From the IMG/VR virus record IMGVR_UViG_3300020190_000007, positions 96,001 to 160,000 of that record: a stretch of DNA of 64,000 nucleotides; one strand, written 5' to 3'. The stretch comes from a virus. Position 1 is the first letter of the stretch, and each line of letters begins with the position of its first letter. The notes under the pieces are model-generated. The model ran no database searches, was not told the origin of the DNA, and saw only the letters and a list, made by a program, of their open reading frames with translations. Shown piece after piece: positions 59,063-64,000 of the stretch. The position numbers were made by a program, and so were the translations under genes.

Positions 59063-59063
59063 G

Positions 59064-59849
59064 TTATAGTTTGTTTATTAATTTTATAAAATCTAAAGAA
59101 TGTTCGGGTCTATTTAAATCGTTTTTTCTATCATATTCGGGATTTGGGTAATTGTTCATATCTAAATCAACTTTTTTACCACTTTTAAAAGTGTCTAAAA
59201 ATCTACTTAGAGTCGACTTATTATTCGCGACCAGTGTTTTATTTATGAACGTCATTTCCAATATGTGTGGTAAAGTAATATCAAGTCCATATTCTGAGTA
59301 TGGAGATGAACCCGCATAATTGTTACAATGAATATGACAATGATAAAAATATTCGTTAATTTTTTTAAGTACGTCAAAATACTCTTGTAGTAATCTTGGG
59401 TTGTCAATTGGGTGAAACTCCACAACAATTCCCGTTACGATTTCTGATAATCTTTTTATATCAGAATTTAAAAAGAAGGGGAATTCTGCACCCTCAATAT
59501 CCATTTTTAAAAAAACTTGTTCTTTAATGCCACTCTGTTCATAGTGAGCAAAGAATGTATCTAAATCGGTTTCTTTTTGGTAAGACAAACCCTCTTTTTT
59601 AAACACCATTAGGTGTTGTAAATCATGAGGAATACCCGCACCTTCCACTGTGTGGTCATATGAGAATGAAGGTTTATTAGTTTTTCTTACGTAATCAATT
59701 TCAAATGAAATATCAGAACCAACTCCATAAGAGAATAATGCTGCACTTGAATCTAATATTATTTGGGGAGCAACATAACCACCATCCCATTCATTTCCCA
59801 ATCTAACTTTGGGTGACTTAACGTCGTATAATTTTAATTGCTCAATCAT
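59064..59849 (-). CDS. FkbM-like methyltransferase
   Basis: RLGNEWDGGY, SYGVGSDISFE, LKMDIEGAE. Confidence 0.8.
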   Translation of the reverse strand: MIEQLKLYDVKSPKVRLGNEWDGGYVAPQIILDSSAALFSYGVGSDISFEIDYVRKTNKPSFSYDHTVEGAGIPHDLQHLMVFKKEGLSYQKETDLDTFFAHYEQSGIKEQVFLKMDIEGAEFPFFLNSDIKRLSEIVTGIVVEFHPIDNPRLLQEYFDVLKKINEYFYHCHIHCNNYAGSSPYSEYGLDITLPHILEMTFINKTLVANNKSTLSRFLDTFKSGKKVDLDMNNYPNPEYDRKNDLNRPEHSLDFIKLINKL

Positions 59850-59866
59850 TTTTTCTTTATCTTTAA

Positions 59867-60496
59867 TTATAGTAATCCCATTTTTTCAAAAAAATCAAAT
59901 AGTCTATCTCTATCAGTTATATGTACTTCACCATCTGACCATTCTTTTACCATGTAACCTTCGTTATCACAGTATAATGAATGTACATCAATGTATGGGT
60001 AGTTATTTTCTTTACATTTTTCTTTTAATAAATCATTTATTTTTTGAACGTAACGTAATCTATCACTGTCTAATCCAATTACAGGGTATTGTTCTTGGAA
60101 TCGACTATGGTCATAATTACCTGTGAGATACCTTATTGTGGGAACGACACTCATTATTGCAATTTCATGATAATTTGCGTTTTTAATTGATTCAAAATAG
60201 TTTGAAACTAATGTGTTTATTACTTCATCTTCATTTCTACCGTTCACATTAATCTGATTCCATAAATGACATCGACAATCTATTTCACCAAACGCCAACA
60301 CCCACAAACCTTCTCTTGAAACTTCACCTCTCGGAATGTAATAGTTATCAAAGTTTTCTTCTAAACCATCTCTACCAACTCTATGCATGGTTATTGGTCC
60401 AACGTTTAGTGTCCCTATTTTTGGGTGACCAATATGAAAAGTGTTTGAATGCGAATCACCGATTACCCATATTTTTTCATATTTTTTATAATTCAC
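59867..60496 (-). CDS. SGNH hydrolase-like protein
   Basis: IGDSH, GEIDCR, DGEVH. Confidence 0.7.
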   Translation of the reverse strand: MNYKKYEKIWVIGDSHSNTFHIGHPKIGTLNVGPITMHRVGRDGLEENFDNYYIPRGEVSREGLWVLAFGEIDCRCHLWNQINVNGRNEDEVINTLVSNYFESIKNANYHEIAIMSVVPTIRYLTGNYDHSRFQEQYPVIGLDSDRLRYVQKINDLLKEKCKENNYPYIDVHSLYCDNEGYMVKEWSDGEVHITDRDRLFDFFEKMGLL

Positions 60497-61530
60497 TATA
60501 AAAGTTTATCTAAGTTTATTAATTCATCAACAAATAGTTTTGAATAAGAATCTAATCTTGAATTTTCCTCATACCATTTTCTACCATTTTGACCAATAAA
60601 TTCTACCAATTTCGGTTTGTTTTTTAATTCTTCAAATTTTTCAATATAAGCGTTCGCTAATCTGGGAAAATCAGACAAATCATCACAATCAACTTTAGCA
60701 TAATGATAATTAGGAATCAATTTATTATGATATTGAATAGCTAATTCAGGTCTTATAACCGCACAACCCAAACCCATACCGTCAATTAAACGACCTGATA
60801 TTTCTACCACTGAGTTTACGTCCATAATGATAGAATATTGTGAAAGTTCTATCATAAATTCATCACCCGTTAACCTATCGGGATAAAAAATGTTAAACCT
60901 ATCATCAAAATGTCTCAAGTATTCCCTAAACGGGGCATTACCACCTCTTAAAAACAATTTTTCGGGTATTTTCCTATCGACCCTATTGTATAACTTTTCA
61001 ATTTCAATCATACCACTTTTAAAATATGTTGACATGGTACACGGTGTGTAGACATATTCCAAACAATTTTTTTTATACCCCTCTTCATCGGTACAATCAA
61101 ATGGTATCATTGGTTTATAATGTACGACATCAAAATTAATGCCCACAGGTTGAAACACATCAACACAATTATCTAAATCCCAACCCCAAGGCGATTCGCC
61201 CTTTGTTATATAATACCCCCTATCGCAATACGATATTATCATAAACTTTCCCGTTTTTGGATTTTTTATGACAGGTGTGGCAATACCATATGCGGGGCAA
61301 CAACAATCTTTGTTTATTAATCTTGTATTAATTGGTATGAATTCAATTTCTGGATATTTTTTAATTAAACTTCTAAGAATTTCTATGGGACATATTTGAT
61401 GCATATATTCTACACCATCGTATGTAATGTCGGGATTTTTAATATCGTCTGCGTCGAATTCACTAAACCCGTCAACCCCCGTAACTTGAGGAAAATCTAA
61501 ATAAAATTCTATTTTTTTGATTGACGACAT
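60496..61530 (-). CDS. Putative glycosyltransferase
   Basis: LFLRG, LIPNYHY, IGQNGRKWY; cluster context. Confidence 0.55.
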   Translation of the reverse strand: MSSIKKIEFYLDFPQVTGVDGFSEFDADDIKNPDITYDGVEYMHQICPIEILRSLIKKYPEIEFIPINTRLINKDCCCPAYGIATPVIKNPKTGKFMIISYCDRGYYITKGESPWGWDLDNCVDVFQPVGINFDVVHYKPMIPFDCTDEEGYKKNCLEYVYTPCTMSTYFKSGMIEIEKLYNRVDRKIPEKLFLRGGNAPFREYLRHFDDRFNIFYPDRLTGDEFMIELSQYSIIMDVNSVVEISGRLIDGMGLGCAVIRPELAIQYHNKLIPNYHYAKVDCDDLSDFPRLANAYIEKFEELKNKPKLVEFIGQNGRKWYEENSRLDSYSKLFVDELINLDKLL

Positions 61531-62273
61531 TAATTACCAAATAATTTAGAAAAAAGACCCGTTTTATTATTTTCTAAATCAGAATTTTTTACAAAAACAG
61601 TTTGTCTACCCCATAGAACTTTGATATATCCGTTTTCTAATAGATATGGTGTAAGGTATTTGTCTTTTCCACCTAAATCCGTATCAAAATCGGTGTCATC
61701 AATTGAAATCAGATGATTGTCAGCCAATTTATCTTTCGCGGCCATAAACGCCTCTAAATGTTTCTCAGCAAAATTATCAGTACCCACATCCCAACCATCT
61801 AAAAATAATAAATCAATTTTCTTATTGAAATTTTTCAAAAACTCAATACCATCATGTGGAATGTGCATATGTAAATTACTTGGTATTGGTTCTTTAATGT
61901 GATGTTCATAAGAACTCTCAATTTCTTGTTTACACATTTGGTCGATATCAACCGTATGTACTTCAAAACCTTCTCTAACCCAAAAATAAGTTGAATGACC
62001 ATCTTGACAACATGGGGGAGCGTCTTTACTTTCCAATTTCATTGAGTTATTATGATAAGAAATACAACTCTGAGTCAATTCTCTTCTTGTTGAACCAATT
62101 TCAACGATAACATTACCTTCAATTATTTTCAATAACTCTACGGTTTTTGTAATCCAAGGTGCGGGGTAATTTCTAATACTATTTTCCTCGTGCGTTAAAA
62201 TATTGTGGTCCCAATAGTATGTTGTTTTTTTAAAATTACTACATGCTTTTAATACTTCTGTAAATTTGCTCAT
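61530..62273 (-). CDS. Class I SAM-dependent methyltransferase
   Basis: IVEIGS, TVDID, IDLLFLDG, IDD. Confidence 0.75.
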   Translation of the reverse strand: MSKFTEVLKACSNFKKTTYYWDHNILTHEENSIRNYPAPWITKTVELLKIIEGNVIVEIGSTRRELTQSCISYHNNSMKLESKDAPPCCQDGHSTYFWVREGFEVHTVDIDQMCKQEIESSYEHHIKEPIPSNLHMHIPHDGIEFLKNFNKKIDLLFLDGWDVGTDNFAEKHLEAFMAAKDKLADNHLISIDDTDFDTDLGGKDKYLTPYLLENGYIKVLWGRQTVFVKNSDLENNKTGLFSKLFGN

Positions 62274-62277
62274 TTTT

Positions 62278-63546
62278 TTAATTATTTAAATTTATTTCTT
62301 TTCTTTCTACCCATCCTCTTTCAGGTGAGTGAGCCCAATAAACGACTCTTTTTGGTTCTTTTTCAATCAAAAACATTTCTTCGTAGTGAATTGGTCCATC
62401 ACCATTTAAAAATTTTTGTAAATTATGACCATCAATGTACTTGTTAAATATTGATAACCCATTTTCATCATCATACGCTACCAATATAAAATCATAATCA
62501 TTTTCAGGTAGGTCATTTCTATCAATATTAACTAAATAGTAAAATGATTTCATAAATGATTCCTCCCACTCTTCCTCTGTATCAAATTGTGGATTAGGTG
62601 GGAATTTATCGTCAATTGTCCACTTTTGAAACGCTCTTTTCTTGAAATGAATACCCGCATATTTTTCATAGTCACGAATAGTCCTATCAGTTCCCAACCC
62701 ATATGGTCCTAAATCGTGACCATTATCCTCAGTGCACAATAGTTGTCTAATTCTTGAACGAGCAACGTCATTACCTTTCCACCACATACTTTCACCCCGT
62801 TTATGTTGGTCATCCCATACCAATTTACCAGCGCGTTCTTCTCTCATGGTTGCGTGCCATATAACAACTTGATGTGGGTGAAACAAATCGTATCCATGTG
62901 TAAAACTCCGAACCGAAAGATTGATTTCTTCACCAGCAAAAAAGATATTTGGGTCGTGCCTAACTTCTTTAGCCCATTTATTAGGACCAAAACAAAAATG
63001 ACCACTTAAGAATCTGGCGGGATATGGTTTTGTCAAGTCTTGCCAACCACCACGAACACCGGCAGGTCTTATGAATATTGTACCATGTGGGTAAAAACAT
63101 TCAGCTCTTGAGAACCAAGGTTCGTGAACTCTTTTTTCAGGGTCATTAAACGGGTCATAGTAAGGTAAATAACCACAAATAAGTGGATTATGTCCATCCT
63201 CCTTTAATTCGTGATACCAACCAATCAATTTAGAATCCCAATTCTCAGAAAATCTATGATGAGAGTCTAATTGACAAACAAAATCTTCATCGGTTAACAA
63301 TTCTTCATTAATGACAGAACGTGCATACGCTAAACCTTTTGCTTCGGTATAATGAATGTCTTTTATTTTAAATCGTGGGTCATCTCTATACTCATCAACA
63401 TTATCAAAACCATCCTCGGGGTTAAATTGTCGACAAATACCAAAGTGAATTCTTTCGGGAAACTGGGCGTTTTCTAACGCACTTTTTATTGTAGGTAATA
63501 ACTCAGGTTCCCTATATGCTGGTAAATGAACTAATATTTTTTCCAT
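62278..63546 (-). CDS. GT60-like polypeptide GlcNAc transferase (Skp1 hydroxyproline GlcNAcT family)
   Basis: AYREPEL..TI, GICRQ, AKGLAYAR, QLDSHHRF...WD, FFAGEE. Confidence 0.75.
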   Translation of the reverse strand: MEKILVHLPAYREPELLPTIKSALENAQFPERIHFGICRQFNPEDGFDNVDEYRDDPRFKIKDIHYTEAKGLAYARSVINEELLTDEDFVCQLDSHHRFSENWDSKLIGWYHELKEDGHNPLICGYLPYYDPFNDPEKRVHEPWFSRAECFYPHGTIFIRPAGVRGGWQDLTKPYPARFLSGHFCFGPNKWAKEVRHDPNIFFAGEEINLSVRSFTHGYDLFHPHQVVIWHATMREERAGKLVWDDQHKRGESMWWKGNDVARSRIRQLLCTEDNGHDLGPYGLGTDRTIRDYEKYAGIHFKKRAFQKWTIDDKFPPNPQFDTEEEWEESFMKSFYYLVNIDRNDLPENDYDFILVAYDDENGLSIFNKYIDGHNLQKFLNGDGPIHYEEMFLIEKEPKRVVYWAHSPERGWVERKEINLNN

Positions 63547-63554
63547 ATATTTTA

Positions 63555-64000
63555 TTAAATTACACCCTCTAGTCTATTACCCCAACCATGTTTTTCTGAA
63601 TGTGGCCAAACATACCATTTAGCGGGTTTACTTACCGTTTCAAAACTTCTCCATAGTTTACAGTAACCGTCCACATCTCTTTTCATCATTCGAATTTCTT
63701 CAGGTGAGGCGTCTTGTCTGTAAATTTCATTACCATTTTCATCATTAAAAGACACCGCCCAAAACGTGTAGTCGTCATGAGGTACATCATGGTAACCAAT
63801 ATCTATACAATGTTTAAAATGTGAAGTAAATGAATTATCATATTCGATTTGGTCTTCAATATATGGATTTGGTGGGTGGTTGTAATCTAATGTATATCTT
63901 TGTGTCGCTCTTTTTTTAAAAGAGATACCCGAATATCTTTCGTATTGTTCAAGAGTTCTATTTGGACCAAAACCAAAATCACCAAAATCAATTTCTTTAC
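63555..64000 (-). CDS. Partial CDS, C-terminus of a second GT60-like paralog
   Basis: Minus frame reads RTLEQYERYSGISFKKR...HPPNP...WPHSEKHGW, parallel to the C-terminus of the 62278 ORF. Confidence 0.7.
   Translation of the reverse strand, partial: KEIDFGDFGFGPNRTLEQYERYSGISFKKRATQRYTLDYNHPPNPYIEDQIEYDNSFTSHFKHCIDIGYHDVPHDDYTFWAVSFNDENGNEIYRQDASPEEIRMMKRDVDGYCKLWRSFETVSKPAKWYVWPHSEKHGWGNRLEGVI

Noticed and set aside
1-64000. Alternative genetic code
   Set aside because: Core genes are full length under the standard code and no suppressor tRNA was seen

Overview
AT-rich segment of a large T4-like (jumbo) phage. Bacteroidota-type TAnnTTTG promoters, a Bacteroidota-type bS21 and genes without Shine-Dalgarno (SD) sequences point to a Bacteroidota host. 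1-16 kb: virion/baseplate-like genes, glycosyltransferases, dUTPase, PhoH and a gp55-like late sigma factor. 17-30 kb: head module (major capsid, scaffold, prohead protease, portal, large terminase) with ribosomal protein bS21 on the opposite strand. 30-43 kb: RNA/translation island with nucleotidyltransferase, KTSC, ClpC-like ATPase, kinase, four intact tRNAs plus tRNA relics, YkuK, a TROVE-like/TerD protein followed by four tandem structured RNAs, and a tmRNA split by a 193-nt group I intron beside a free-standing HNH gene. 43-49 kb: probable internal virion proteins. 50-64 kb: nucleotide-sugar and glycosylation cluster. Best novelty candidates: (1) the TROVE-like/TerD gene with its covarying Y-RNA-like array, one loop of which matches the capsid-gene terminator; (2) two distant, mutually complementary small RNAs, one displaying a 16-nt extended SD in a loop; (3) a leader-peptide attenuator ahead of the tRNA cluster; (4) boxA-like elements before each stable-RNA block. 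All calls come from reading the sequence by eye; no searches were run.
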